From Eledone cirrhosa (lineage: Eukaryota): a DNA stretch of 64,000 bases. The notes under the pieces were generated by a model that saw nothing but the letters and a program-made list of their open reading frames with translations, did not search any database and had not been told where the DNA came from. The translations under genes were made by a program, and so were the position numbers. The stretch lies in contig OZ024766.1 of the NCBI GenBank assembly GCA_964016885.1, positions 20,522,001 through 20,586,000 of the forward strand, written 5' to 3'. Numbering within the stretch: position 1 is the first letter of the stretch; each line of letters opens with the position of its first letter. Below are positions 42,432 to 56,780 of the stretch, one piece after another.

Positions 42432-43840
42432 ATCATCATTACGTCCGCTTTTCCCTGCTTGCAAGGGTGGGACGGGAACTGGTTCTGGCTTGATTTCTAC
42501 AGCTGGATGCCCTTCCTAACACCAACCTCATTTACAGTGAGTGCTGGGTGCTTTTGTCGTCGTGGCACCTCCACGACCACTTTACAGTGAGTGCTGGGTG
42601 CTTTATTTGCTGTGGCACCTCCACGACCACTTTACAGTGAGTGCTGGGTGCTTTATTTGCTGTGGCACCTCCACGACCACTTTACAGTGAGTGCTGGGTG
42701 CTTTATTTGCTGTGGCACCTCCACGACCACTTTACAGTGAGTGCTGGGTGCTTTTTTGCCGTGGCACCTCCACGACCACTTTACAGTGAGTGCTGGGTGC
42801 TTTTTTGCCGTGGCACCTCCACGACCACTTTACAGTGAGTGCTGGGTGCTTTTTTGCCGTGGCACCTCCACGACCACTTTACAGTGAGGGCTGGGTGCTT
42901 TTTTTGCCGTGGCACCTCCACGACCACTTTACAGTGAGGGCTGGGTGCTTCTTTGCCGTGGCACCTCCACGACCACTTTACAGTGAGTGCTGGGTGCTTT
43001 TTTTGCCGTGGCACCTCCACGACCACTTTACAGTGAGGGCTGGGTGCTTTTTTTGCCGTGGCACCTCCACGACCACTTTACAGTGAGGGCTGGGTGCTTC
43101 TTTGCCGTGGCACCTCCACGACCACTTTACAGTGAGGGCTGGGTGCTTCTTTGCCATGGCACCTCCACGACCACTTTACAGTGAGTGCTGGGTGCTTTTT
43201 TGCTGTGGCACCTCCACGACCACTTTACAGTGAGTGCTAGGTGCTTTTTTTGCCGTGGCACCTCCACGACCACTTTACAGTGAGTGCTGGGTGCTTTTTT
43301 TGCCGTGGCACCTCCACGACCACTTTACAGTGAGTGCTGGGTGCTTTTTTGCCGTGGCACCTCCACGACCACTTTACAGTGAGTGCTGGGTGCTTTTTTG
43401 CCGTGGCACCTCCACGACCACTTTACAGTGAGTGCTGGGTGCTTTTTTGCCGTGGCACCTCCACGACCACTTTACAGTGAGTGCTGGGTGCTTTTTTGCC
43501 GTGGCACATCCACGACCACTTTACAGTGAGTGCTGGGTCCTTTTTTGCTGTGGCACCTCCACGACCACTTTACAGGGAGTGCTGGGTGCTTTTTTGCCGT
43601 GGCACCTCCACGACCACTTTACAGTGAGTGCTGGGTGCTTTTATGCCGTGGCACCTCCACGACCACTTTACAGTGAGTGCTGGGTGCTTTTTTGCTGTGG
43701 CACCTCCACGACCACTTTACAGTGAGGGCTGGGTGCTTTTTTGCTGTGGCACCTCCACGACCACTTTACAGTGGAATGATAGGGACCCCAGTCCCTATCA
43801 TTTCATTTCTACAGCTGAGTAAACTGGAGCAATGTGAAAT
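42432..43840 (-). mobile_element. SINE (head truncated) with ~25 internal 49-bp units
   Basis: Reverse complement of the same family. Confidence 0.8.
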
Positions 43841-45680
43841 ACACCACACACCACAACCCACACCACACTACAACAACACACCACAACACCACACCACACT
43901 ACAACAACACAACACAACACACAACACCACCACAACACCACACCACACTACAACAACACAACACAACACCACCACGCCACACCACACTACAACAACACAA
44001 CACCACCACGCCACACCACTACCACAACACCACACTACAACAACACAACACAACACACAACACACAACACCACACAACACCACACCACACCACCACACAA
44101 CACCACACCACACCACCACACCACACCACACCACAACACAACACACAACACCACACCACACTACAACACCACACCACCACAACACCACTACCACACCACA
44201 CCACTACAACACCACCACGCCACAACACAACACACAACACCACCACACTACAACACCACACCACACTACAACACCACACCACACCACAACACAACACACA
44301 ACACCACACCACACTACAACACCACACCACCACAACACCACAACACCACTACCACACCACACCACCACTACCACAATCCACACCACACTACAATAACACA
44401 ACACCACACCACACCACCACCACCACGCCACCACTACAATACACCACACCACACTACAACAACACCACCACAACACCACTACCACACCACACCACCACGC
44501 CACAACACAACACAACACACAACACCACCACAACACCACACCACACTACAACACCACAACACAACACACAACACCACACCACACTACCACACCACACTAC
44601 CACCACTACCACACCACACCACTACCACACCACACCACAACACCACACCACTACAACACCACCACACCACACTACACACAACACCACCACAACACCACAC
44701 CACACTACAACACCACCACAACACCACACCACACTACAACACCACAACACAACACACAACACCACACCACACTACAACAACACCACCACAACACCACTAC
44801 AATACACCACACCACTACCACAACACCACACCACACTACAACAACACCACCACAACACCACTACCACACCACACCACTACCACACCACCACGCCACAACA
44901 CAACACAACACCACACCACACTACAACACCACCACAACACCACACCACACAACACACAACACACAACACCACACCACACTACAACACCACACCACCACAC
45001 ACAACACCACACCACACTACAACACCACAACACAACACACAACACCACACCACACTACAACACCACAACACCACAACACAACACACAACACCACACCACA
45101 CTACAACACCACACCACACTACAACACCACAACACAACACACAACACCACACCACACTACAACACCACACTACAACACCACACCACAACACAACACACAA
45201 CACCACACCACACTACAACACCACAACACAACACACAACACCACACCACACTACAACACCACACCACAACACCACAACACAACACACAACACCACACCAC
45301 ACTACAACACCACAACACAACACACAACACCACACCACACTACAACACCACACCACCACAACACCACACCACACTACAACACCACAACACAACACACAAC
45401 ACCACACCACACAACACACAACACCACACCACACTACAACACCACCACACCACACTACAACAACACCACCACAACACCACTACCACACCACACCACCACG
45501 CCACAACACAACACAACACACAACACCACCACAACACCACACCACACCACAACACCACACAACACACAACACCACAACACCACACCACTACAACACCACA
45601 CCACACTACAACACCACACCACCACAACACCACAACACCACAACACCACAACACCACTACCACTACAACACCACACACAC
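43841..45680. repeat. (CACCA/CAACA)n pentamer-like low-complexity tract
   Basis: Direct inspection. Confidence 0.92.
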
Positions 45681-45684
45681 TCAC

Positions 45685-45902
45685 CTCTGTTTAGCGAGAT
45701 CCCGCTCATGTGCGCAGGCCTCTTCCTTCTCTTTGGCCAGTTGGGAGCGCAAGTCCTCGGTCATCTTCACATACCTCTGCGCTGCCCTTTCATCTGCCTC
45801 CAGCAGCTCAGCTTCATGGATCTGTTTGAGTTTCGTCATCTCCCCCTTCTGCTTGGCTATAAGTCGCTGGATCTCCGGTTCAAGCCCCTTGACGGTCATT
45901 TC
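45685..45902 (-). CDS. CEP131: CEP131 exon
   Basis: EMTVKGLEPEIQRLIAKQK...HEAELLEADERA, a hallmark CEP131 segment. CAG acceptor, GTGAGT donor, phases 0-2. Confidence 0.95.
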
Positions 45903-45975
45903 CTGGACACACAGACAGAGACGATATACACATGTAGGTAGGTGTGTGTGTATATGTGTGTGTGTGTGTATGTAG

Positions 45976-46007
<32 letters not shown>

Positions 46008-46084
46008 ATATGTGTGTAGGTGTGTGTGTGTATGTAGGTGTGTATATATGTGTGTGTGTGTGTGTGTATGTAGGTGTGTATATA

Positions 46085-46119
<35 letters not shown>

Positions 46120-46746
46120 ATGTAGGTGTGTATATATGTGTGTGTATATATGTAGGTGTGTGTGTGTGTATGTATATATGTGTGTGTATGTGTATAGGTG
46201 TGTATATGTGTATATATGTGTGTGTGTGTACATATAGGTGTGTATATATGTAGGTGTGTGTGTGTGTATATGTGTGTGTGTATATATGTGTGTGTATATA
46301 TATAGGTGTGTATATATGTGTGTGTATATATATGTAGGTGTGTATATATGTGTGTGTATATATATGTAGGTGTGTGTGTGTGTATATGTGTGTGTATATA
46401 TGTAGGTGTGTGTATATGTGGGTGTGTATATATGTAGGTGTGTATATATGTGTGTGTGTGTGTGTATATGTGTGTGTATATATATGTGTGTGTGTGTATA
46501 TGTGTGTGTGTATGTAGGTGTGTATATATGTGTGTGTGTGTGTGTGTATGTAGGTGTGTATATATGTGTGTGTGTGTGTGTGTATATGTGGGTGTGTATA
46601 TATGTAGGTGTGTATATATGTGTGTGTGTGTGTGTATATGTGGGTGTGTGTGTGTGTGTAGGTGTGTATATATGTGTGTGTGTGTGTGTGTATGTAGGTG
46701 TGTATATATGTGTGTGTGTGTGTGTGTGTATGTAGGTGTGTATATA

Positions 46747-46777
<31 letters not shown>

Positions 46778-47108
46778 ATGTAGGTGTGTATATATGTGTG
46801 TGTATATATGTAGGTGTGTGTGTGTGTATGTATATATGTGTGTGTATGTGTATAGGTGTGTATATGTGTATATATGTGTGTGTGTGTACATATAGGTGTG
46901 TATATATGTAGGTGTGTGTGTGTGTATATGTGTGTGTGTATATATGTGTGTGTATATATATAGGTGTGTATATATGTGTGTGTATATATATGTAGGTGTG
47001 TGTGTGTGTATATGTGTGTGTATATATGTAGGTGTGTGTATATGTGTGTGTGTATATATGTAGGTGTGTATATATGTGTGTGTGTGTGTATATGTGTGTG
47101 TGTATATA

Positions 47109-47141
<33 letters not shown>

Positions 47142-47558
47142 AGGTGTGTATATATGCGTGTGTGTGTGTGTGTGTATGTAGGTGTGTATATGTGTGTGTG
47201 TGTGTGTGTGTATGTAGGTGTGTATATATGTGTGTGTGTGCGTGTATATGTGTGTGTGTGTGTATGTAGGTGTGTATATATGTGTGTGTGTGTGTGTATA
47301 TGTGGGTGTGTATATATGTAGGTGTGTATATATGTGTGTGTGTGTGTGTGTATATGTGGGTGTGTATATATGTAGGTGTGTATATATGTGTGTGTGTGTG
47401 TATATGTGTGTGTGTATATATATATGTGTGTGTGTGTATATGTGTGTGTGTGTATGTAGGTGTGTATATATGTGTGTGTGTGTGTGTATATGTGGGTGTC
47501 TATATATGTAGGTGAGTATATATGTGTGTGTGTGTGTGTATATGTGTGTGTATATATA

Positions 47559-47591
<33 letters not shown>

Positions 47592-48447
47592 ATAGGTGTG
47601 TATATGTGTGTGTGTGTATATATATATATGTGTATGCATATATATATATATAGGTGTGTATATATGTGTGTGTATATGTGTATGCATATATATATATAGG
47701 TGTGTATATATGTGTGTGTGTATATATATGTGTGTGTATATACATGTGTGCATATGTGTGTGTATTATATATATGTATATATATAGGTGTGTATATGTGT
47801 CTGTATATATATAGGTGTGTGTGTGTATATATATGTGTGTATATATGTGTGTATGCATATATATATATAGGTGTGTATATATGTGTGTGTATATATATGT
47901 GTGTGTATATATATATATACGAGCAAGACACCCTGAAACCCCAGAAGCCTTAGAATCCCAGAACCCCCCCCCCCCTCTGAAACCCCCAAAGCGTAGAACT
48001 CACCTTAATTATCTTAGTTTTGTCCTCAATCCATCTCTCACGTCGAAGTTTCTTGTATATATAGGTGTGTATATATGTGTGTGTATATATGTAGGTGTGT
48101 GTGTGTGTATATGTGTGTGTGTGTATAGGTGTGTATATGTGTGTGTGTATATATGTGTGTGTATATATATATGTGTGTATGCATATATATATATATATAG
48201 GTGTGTATATATGTGTGTGTATATATATGTGTGTGTATATATATAGGTGTGTATATGTGTGTGTGTGTATATATATATGTGTGTATATATGTGTATGCAT
48301 ATATATATATAGGTGTGTGTGTATATATATATGTGTATATATATATATATATATGAGCAAGACACCCTGAAACCCCAGAAGCCTTAGAATCCCAGAACCC
48401 CCCCCCCCCCCCCCCCCCCTCTGAAACCCCCAAAGCGTAGAACTCAC

Positions 48448-48544
48448 CTTAATTATCTTAGTTTTGTCCTCAATCCATCTCTCACGTCGAAGTTTCTCAG
48501 ATGTAACTGAGATTTCTCTAAACTTCTTCAGCTCTATGTTGTAC
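48448..48544 (-). CDS. CEP131: CEP131 exon
   Basis: YNIELKKFREISVTSEKLRRERWIEDKTKIIK. AAG acceptor, GTGAGT donor, phases 2-0. Confidence 0.92.
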
Positions 48545-48634
48545 CTTCAACCAGAAACACATAAGGGCAGAGTTTACCAGATTTATTTCATAAAGGGGTC
48601 ACACAAAGCGAAACCTACAGTCAGTAGGCCCCTC

Positions 48635-48995
48635 CTAAACAAATACGAAAGGCCGGTTATATGATGCCTGTCTGAGGAGCGCGATGCTGCATGGTAGTGA
48701 GACCTGGGCAGCAACTGCAGAGGATATGCGACGGCTGGAGAGAAATGAGGCAAGCATGCTCTGTTGGATGTGCAGTGTCAATGTGTGTGAACGACCCAGC
48801 ATGGATGTGTTGAGAGGGAAACTGTGTATAAGAGGGATAAGTTGTGGTGTGTGGGAGAGAAGACTGAGATGGTATGGACATGTGATGTGTTGAGAGAGAA
48901 ACTGGGTATAAGAGGGATAAGTTGTAGTGATTGGGAGAGAAGACTGAGGTGGTATGGACATGGAGGATGACCGATGGGTAAAGAAGTGCCAACTA
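48635..48995 (+). mobile_element. RTE LINE 3' fragment
   Basis: KGRLYDAC..MLHGSETW..RRLERNEASMLCWMC..RRLRWYGHV, decayed, with an internal duplication. Confidence 0.85.
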
Positions 48996-49088
48996 GAGGT
49001 TGTTTCAGATGGTTTGGAACATAACTTAACAAAGGGGTCAAGGTTTAATTTGATAAATATAAAGGTAAATTTTAAGTTGTGTCCTTAC

Positions 49089-49195
49089 TTGTCTGTCTGC
49101 GAGTTAATCTTCTCCTGATACCGCTTGTCCATTATCTTTAGTTCGTTCACCAGTTGTTCACATTTCTCGTTCAACGTCTTCTTGTCATCGATGAG
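49089..49195 (-). CDS. CEP131: CEP131 exon
   Basis: LIDDKKTLNEKCEQLVNELK. TAG acceptor, GTAAGG donor, phases 0-2. Confidence 0.93.
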
Positions 49196-49244
49196 CTAAG
49201 GGGCAGAAGAGAGACACAGAGAGAAAAAAAAAATATATATATAT

Positions 49245-50186
49245 ATCATCATTCATCATCATTTCATTTTACGTCCGCTTTTTCCCTGCTTGCAAGGGTG
49301 GGACGGGAACTGATTCTGGCTTGATTTCTACAGCTGGATGCCCTTCCTAACACCAACCTCATTTACAGTGAGTGCTGGGTGCTTTTTTTGCCGTGGCACC
49401 TCCACGACCACTTTACAGTGAGTGCTGGGTGCTTTTTTGCCGTGGCACCTCCACGACCGCTTTACAGTGAGTGCTGGGTGCTTTTTGCCGTGGCACCTCC
49501 ACGACCACTTTACAGTGAGTGCTGGGTGCTTTTTTTGCCGTGGCACCTCCACGACCACTTTACAGTGAGTGCTGGGTGCTTTTTTTGCCGTGGCACCTCC
49601 ACGACCACTTTACAGTGAGTGCTGGGTGCTTTTTTTGCCGTGGCACCTCCACGACCACTTTACAGTGAGTGCTGGGTGCTTTTTTTGCCGTGGCACCTCC
49701 ACGACCACTTTACAGTGAGTGCTGGGTGCTTTTTTTGCCGTGGCACCTCCACAACCACTTTACAGTGAGTGCTGGGTGCTTTTTTTGCCGTGGCATCTCC
49801 ACGACCACTTTACAGTGAGTGCTGGGTGCTTTTATTTGCCGTGGCACCTCCACGACCACTCTACAGTGAGTGCTGGGTGCTTTTTTGCCGTGGCACCTCC
49901 ACGACCACTTTACAGTGAGTGCTGGGTGCTTTTTTTGCCGTGGCACCTCCACAACCACTTTACAGTGAGTGCTGGGTGCTTTTTTTGCCGTGGCACCTCC
50001 ACGACCACTTTACAGTGGAATGATAGGGACCCCAGTCCCTATCATCTCATTTCTACAGCTGAGTAAACTGGAGCAATGTGAAATAAAGTGTCTTGCTCAA
50101 GGAAACAACACATCACTCGGTCTGAGAATTGAACTCACAACCTTTCGATTGCAAGGCCAATGCTCTAACCACTAAGCCATGTGCCT
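49245..50186 (-). mobile_element. Full-length SINE with ~13 internal units
   Basis: Head at 50186, (GAT)n tail near 49250. Confidence 0.82.
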
Positions 50187-50246
50187 TTACATATATATAT
50201 ATAACAAAGGAATTGTGGTAAGGAACCAGATGGACCATAACGCACC

Positions 50247-50434
50247 AGAGTACTCAATACTTAGGGTAGTGGGTAATAGGAAAAAGTATGACCCCGACGG
50301 CAGAGCCCAAGCCGTTTCGACGGCTATTTCTGGATTGAGTTAGAAATAGCCGTCGAAACGGCTTGAGCTCTGCCGTCGGGGTCATACTTTTCCCTATTAC
50401 CCACCCATTCTACTACCCTAAGTATTGAGTACTC
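50247..50434. mobile_element. Palindromic remnant with hammerhead 3' half (family D)
   Basis: Inverted arms containing GCCGTC-GAAA-CGGC ttgagctct GCCG-TC-GGGGTC. Also at 3318-3415 (palindrome) and 1662-1710. The CTGANGA half is absent. Confidence 0.5.
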
Positions 50435-51226
50435 AATCGAAAGGTTGGGAGTTCAATCCTCAGACCGGGTGATGTGTTGTTTCCTTGAGCAAGACACTTT
50501 ATTTAACATTGCTCCAGTTCACTCAGCTGTAGAAATGAGATGATAGGACTGGGGTCCCTATCATTCCACTGTAAAGTGGTCGTGGAGGTGCCACGGCAAA
50601 AAAAGCACCCAGCACTCACTGTAAAGTGGTCGTGGAGGTGCCACAGCAAAAAAAGCACCCAGCACTCACTGTAAAGTGGTCGTGGAGGTGCCACGGCAAA
50701 AACAGCACCCAGCACTCACTGTAAAGTGGTCGTGGAGATGCCACGGCAAAAAAAGCACCCAGCACTCACTGTAAAGTGGTCGTGGAGGTGCCACGGCAAA
50801 AAAAGCACCCAGCACTCACTGTAAAGTGGTCGTGGAGGTGCCACGGCAAAAAAAGCACCCAGCACTCACTGTAAAGTGGTCGTGGAGGTGCCACAGCAAA
50901 AAAAGCACCCAGCACTCACTGTAAAGTGGTCGTGGAGGTGCCACGGCAAAAAAAGCACCCAGCACTCACTGTAAAGTGGTCGTGGAGGTGCCACGGCAAA
51001 AAAGCACCCAGCACTCACTGTAAAGTGGTCGTGGAGGTGCCACGGCAAAAAAGCACCCAGCACTCACTGTAAAGTGGTCGTGGAGGTGCCACGGCAAAAA
51101 AGCACCCAGCACTCACTGTAAATGAGGTTGGTGTTAGGAAGGGCATCCAGCTGTAGAAATCAAGCCAGAACCAGTTCCCATCCCACCCTTGCAAGCAGGG
51201 AAAAGCGGATGTAAAATGATGATGAT
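50434..51226 (+). mobile_element. SINE with ~11 internal units
   Basis: B-box head, array, (GAT)n tail. Head-to-head with 49245-50186. Confidence 0.8.
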
Positions 51227-51325
51227 ACATATTACTACACCATCACCACCACCACCATCACAATCACCACCACACCACCACCATCACAATCATCAATCAC
51301 CAACACAGTAAAAATCAATCATTAC

Positions 51326-51451
51326 CTGATCAATAAAAGACAAATGTCTTTTAATGGTTGCTTCATATTGATCCTTCTGCTGTCGTAGAAGTCTGTTCAT
51401 TTCCTTGTCAGCTTCTTTAGCATGTCTGACAGTCAGCTCCCTCTGTTGATT
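51326..51451 (-). CDS. CEP131: CEP131 exon
   Basis: NQQRELTVRH...QYEATIKRHLSFIDQ. CAG acceptor, GTAATG donor, phases 0-0. Confidence 0.93.
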
Positions 51452-51510
51452 CTGGAACACAATTGTATAATATACACATTATATACATACATTATATATA
51501 TATATATATA

Positions 51511-51702
51511 ATAGGCGGTGGATTGGCAGTATCGGTAGAGGGTCGGACGCCATGCTTTCCAGCATAGAGTTACGTCCCTTTACGATCTGAGTTCAAATCC
51601 CGCCGAGGTTGACTTTGCCTTTCATCCTTACGGGGTCAATAAAATAAAGTACCAGTAATGCACTGGTAATTGCTGGCCTTGTGCCTAAAGTAGAAACAAT
51701 TA
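51511..51702 (+). mobile_element. Second tRNA-headed SINE family
   Basis: GGCGGTGGATTGGCAGTATCGGTAGAG...GAGTTCAAATCCCGCCGAGGT...AATAAAGTACCAGT tail. Relatives at 18375-18800 and 9500-10190 have amplified tails. Confidence 0.75.
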
Positions 51703-51783
51703 TATATATATATATGTATACACACATTATATATATGTATATATATCATCATTAGTCGATTGACTTTCGTCAAATCGGTTGGT

Positions 51784-52737
<954 letters not shown>

Positions 52738-52758
52738 GAAGCCATTTCTATATTAAAT

Positions 52759-53625
52759 ATGTTATATAACCTGGCTAAGACCAAAGTACTAGTTTGTAGG
52801 AAAGAAAACAAGGCGGCGGTCCCTTCTGGGAAATGGTCGTGCTCGGTGTGTAGGAAAGGCGTAGGTAGAAACTCCATTTTATGTCCTAAATGCAAAGTAT
52901 GGGTGCATAAAAGATGTAGTGGGATCACAGGTAGGCTAACTAAGAACATAGATTTTACATGTGGCCGGTGCTCTGGTGCAATAAGTAGCAGCAAGTGCCC
53001 ACAAACTACTAGCTCTTTCAATTGCGCAGAGGGTTCTATAGAAATAGTGGACAGCTTCCGTTACCTGGGCGATAAAATCAGCAGTGGGGGAGGGTGCTCT
53101 GAAAGTACTGTAGCTAGAGTCAGAACTGGTTGGAAAAAGTTCAGAGAGCTTATACCACTATTAGCTGCTAAAGGGTTCTCACTAAAAATGAAAGGCAGGT
53201 TGTACGATGCCTGCATACGAACAGCAATGCTGCATGGCAGTGAGACCTGGGCATTGTGTGCAGAGGATATACGCAGACTAGAGAGGAACGAAGCTTGCAT
53301 GCTCCGCTGGATGTGTAACAGTAATATACGTGAACGGCAAAGCATAAACGAACTAAGGAATAAATTAGAGATAAGAGGGATCAGATGTTGTTTACTCGAG
53401 AGAAGGCTACGTTGGTATGGACACGTGATGCGCATGAAAGTCGATAGCTGTATAACAAAGTGCAGGGCAATAAAGATAGACGGTAGTCACGGAATAGGCA
53501 GACCTAGAAAAACCTGGGACGAGCTGATAAACTCCGACATCACACACTTACACCTCTCCAAGACAATGTCACTGGACCGAGACCTTTGGCGGTACTCAGT
53601 AACAGAGAAGACCCGCCTTACCTAA
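52759..53625 (+). mobile_element. 5'-truncated RTE-clade LINE (C-terminal ORF with Cys/His finger)
   Basis: 288 open codons: CSVC...CPKC..WVHKRC..CGRC, FRYLG, MLHGSETW, RRLRWYGHVMRM, GRPRKTW, typical post-RT motifs of RTE elements. Confidence 0.9.
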
Positions 53626-54431
53626 ATATATAGTAAAACCTACTCCAGCCAGTAGGCATCTCTAACAAATACACCCCGTCCCACCACCCCCACCCGATCC
53701 ACACCACCCCGTTCTATGTAAAGTTATGTTGGTGCCGCGCCATCGAGGCCGAAACAAATGAGATCGTGTAGGTGTCACGACAAAAAAACACACAGTCCAC
53801 GCTGTAATGTGGCCGTGTAGGCAACACGGTAAAAACCTCCCAGACCCACACTGTAAATGTGGTTGGTGTTAGGAAGGGCATCCAACTGTAGAAAACCTGC
53901 CAGACAGTCCTATGCGAGCAAGACAATCACTCTTGCCTCAAGTGGGACTACCCCCGTCCAAACCCATGCAAGCGTGGAACACGGACGTTAAACGCTGATG
54001 ATGATGATGATGATGATACACTCTACTAATGTATTGAGTACCTCATATATATATACCACCACCACCACCACCCTACACCATACCACCACCATAACACCAT
54101 ACCATCAAAGACCTCACTCTACCACACCAGTACACCACCACTCCACACCCTACCACTCCACCACCACCCCCCCCCCCCCCCCCACCCACACTCCACACAC
54201 ACTCCACACCCCACCCCCACCACTCCACACCCCACCACCGCCACCACTCCACACCACCACTCCACACCCCACCGCCACCATCACTCCACACCACCACCAC
54301 CACCACTCCACACCCCACCACCACCACCACTCCACACCACCACCACCACCACTCCACACCACTCCACGACTCCACACCCCACCACACCACCACCACCACT
54401 CCACACCCCACCACACCACCACACCACTCAC

Positions 54432-54638
54432 CAAAGCCTTCTGTAGAAGTTCCACCGAATGCTTTTTCGCGTCCAGCTCCAGCCGCTGTGACATCACATT
54501 GTTGGTGATTTCAGCAGCAGTTGCCGTGACCTCGTCCAGATTGAGGACCTTATTAGGGGCCACAGGAGATGCTGGAGTTGTGGAGTCTTCACCGTTGTAG
54601 TTGAACTCCTCCTGGTAGGAACTGGCAGTGAAGGTTTT
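54432..54638 (-). CDS. CEP131: CEP131 exon
   Basis: KTFTAS...EITNNVMSQRLELDAKKHSVELLQKAL. CAG acceptor, GTGAGT donor, phases 0-0. Confidence 0.9.
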
Positions 54639-54708
54639 CTGGAAAACACAACAGGAAAAATAATGCTTTCTTTATTTACCACAAGGGTTTACACAAAGTA
54701 AAACATTA

Positions 54709-55408
54709 AGGACAACACAGAACAATAGAGGACAACACAGGACAATAGAGGACAATAGAGGACAACACAGGACAATAGAGGACAACACAGGACAATAGAG
54801 GACAGTAGAGGACAACACAGGACAATACAAGACAATAGAGGACAGTAGAGGACAACACAGGACAATAGAGGACAACACAGGACAATACAAGACAACACAG
54901 GACAATACAGGACAGTACAGGACAATACAAGACAACACAGGACAATACAAGACAATAGAGGACAACACAGGACAATAGAGGACAATAGAGGACAACACAG
55001 GACAATAGAGGACAACACAGGACAATAGAGGACAACACAGGACAATATAGGACAACACAGGACAATAGAGGACAACACAGGACAATAGAGGACAGTACAG
55101 GACAACACAGGACAATACAAGACAATAGAGGACAGTACAGGACAACACAGGACAATAGAGGACAACACAGGACAATACAAGACAACACAGGACAATACAG
55201 GACAGTACAGGACAATACAAGACAACACAGGACAATACAAGACAATAGAGGACAACACAGGACAATACAAGACAATACAAGACAACACAGGACAGTACAG
55301 GACAATACAAGACAATAGAGGACAACACAGGACAACACAGGACAATACAGGACAATACAAGACAATAGAGGACAACACAGGACAACATAGGACAACACAG
55401 GACAATAC
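54709..55408. repeat. 10-bp variant minisatellite (GACAACACAG/GACAATAGAG/GACAATACAA/GACAGTACAG)
   Basis: About 70 units in strict 10-bp register. Confidence 0.92.
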
Positions 55409-55650
55409 ACCGCCACCACAACACTACACCACCTCCACCACACCAACACACCACATCACCACCACCACTACACCAACACACCACACCACCACACTACACC
55501 ACTTACCAACTCTATATCTGTCAATCTATCAGCTGACTGTACTTCATCACACCACCACACCAACACACCACACCACACCACACCACACCACCACCGCCAC
55601 CACACCACCACACCACACCACACCACACAACACACCACCACACCACTTAC

Positions 55651-55889
55651 CAGCTCTATGTCTGTCAATCTATCAGCTGACTGTACTTCATCCAGAAATG
55701 TAATAATACTCTGCAGTTTGTCATTCGAGAGGTACCCTGTTGCTTCTTCAGGGTTAGGTAGGGGATATTGACCCTGGTTAAGCTGTTCGAGGTTCTCCAC
55801 AGTTAAATCTGGGCTCTTGCTGGCCACTGCTGTAGAGGGACCCTTACTGGAATGGCTCCCTAATTTGAGGCATTCATTGAAAGTGGAAA
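55651..55889 (-). CDS. CEP131: CEP131 exon
   Basis: ...LTVENLEQL...LSNDKLQSIITFLDEVQ. CAG acceptor, GTAAGT donor, phases 1-0. Confidence 0.9.
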
Positions 55890-56077
55890 CTGCAAAAATA
55901 ACAAAACAAACACAGTATTACGACCAGCAGAAAAACTACCCTTCCGGTAGTAATATTACTGTGTACAGAGCTCAGGTGCACTACAACTCATCAAAGGTGC
56001 GTGTATAGTACATAGAATAATGTAGAAATGTCAGGCAAGTGAACAGTGTATGAGTCATGATATATACACATATATAC

Positions 56078-56630
56078 ACAACCTGTCCCATGGTCGGGTC
56101 GTTGGCGACTAAACTGGCAACCCCACCAAGGTTTCTTGGTGAGGAGGGTGACTTTGGACATCCTGCAGGACTAAAAACAAAACCTGTCAAAGGAGCTCTT
56201 AAGAGTCAATGGCCATCCAAAATCACTGGGAGAGATGACCCCTTAGCCTTTGTCAAGGCAGAATTCTAGGAGAAGGAAAACTCTGATATAACACCTGCAA
56301 CCCTGATGGTATCCAATGATGTTGACTTGTTCTTCTTTTTGGTAAATATCATCTTGGTTAAGAGAGTGGGACTGGCTTTGTGCAGTGCCTTTGCTCACTA
56401 TAAAAGCTTCACGGCACAGGCATTGCTTTATATCTGGAGATCTCTCTGCCCTTGTCGTCACATGGTACCATGGGCCCAGCACTATGTGTCAATAATTGTC
56501 ACAAGTGTAGTGTTTGTACCAGAGTTTTCAAGTCGCTGGCTGGACTAAAAAGTCACACTCGTTCAGCGCATCGGTAGGGGTTCTCCTACATGAATATAAA
56601 GTAGTGGCAAAACGAGTTGGCAGCCACCAT
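56078..56630 (+). mobile_element. Second copy of the ~600-bp dispersed repeat
   Basis: Aligns by eye with 24336-24905. Confidence 0.6.
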
Positions 56631-56780
56631 ATATATATACATTTGTACATTATTCTATGTACTATACATGCACCTTTGATGAGTTGTAGTGCACCTGAGC
56701 ACTGTACACAATAATTTCCTTATTATTATTATATATATAGTAAATTTAAAAAAAAATGAAACGAAGCGAGACACACTTAC

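Noticed and set aside
42530-43770. CRISPR-like appearance of the 49-bp arrays
   Set aside because: The units are contiguous with no unique spacers, there are no cas genes, and the arrays sit inside eukaryotic SINEs.
52759-53625. Domesticated PHD-finger gene
   Set aside because: The finger is embedded in RTE post-RT motifs, the element is 5'-truncated and related decayed copies lie nearby. A recent insertion explains the open frame.
54672-55484. Cys/Val/Leu-rich ORFs in three frames
   Set aside because: They are products of the 10-bp minisatellite.
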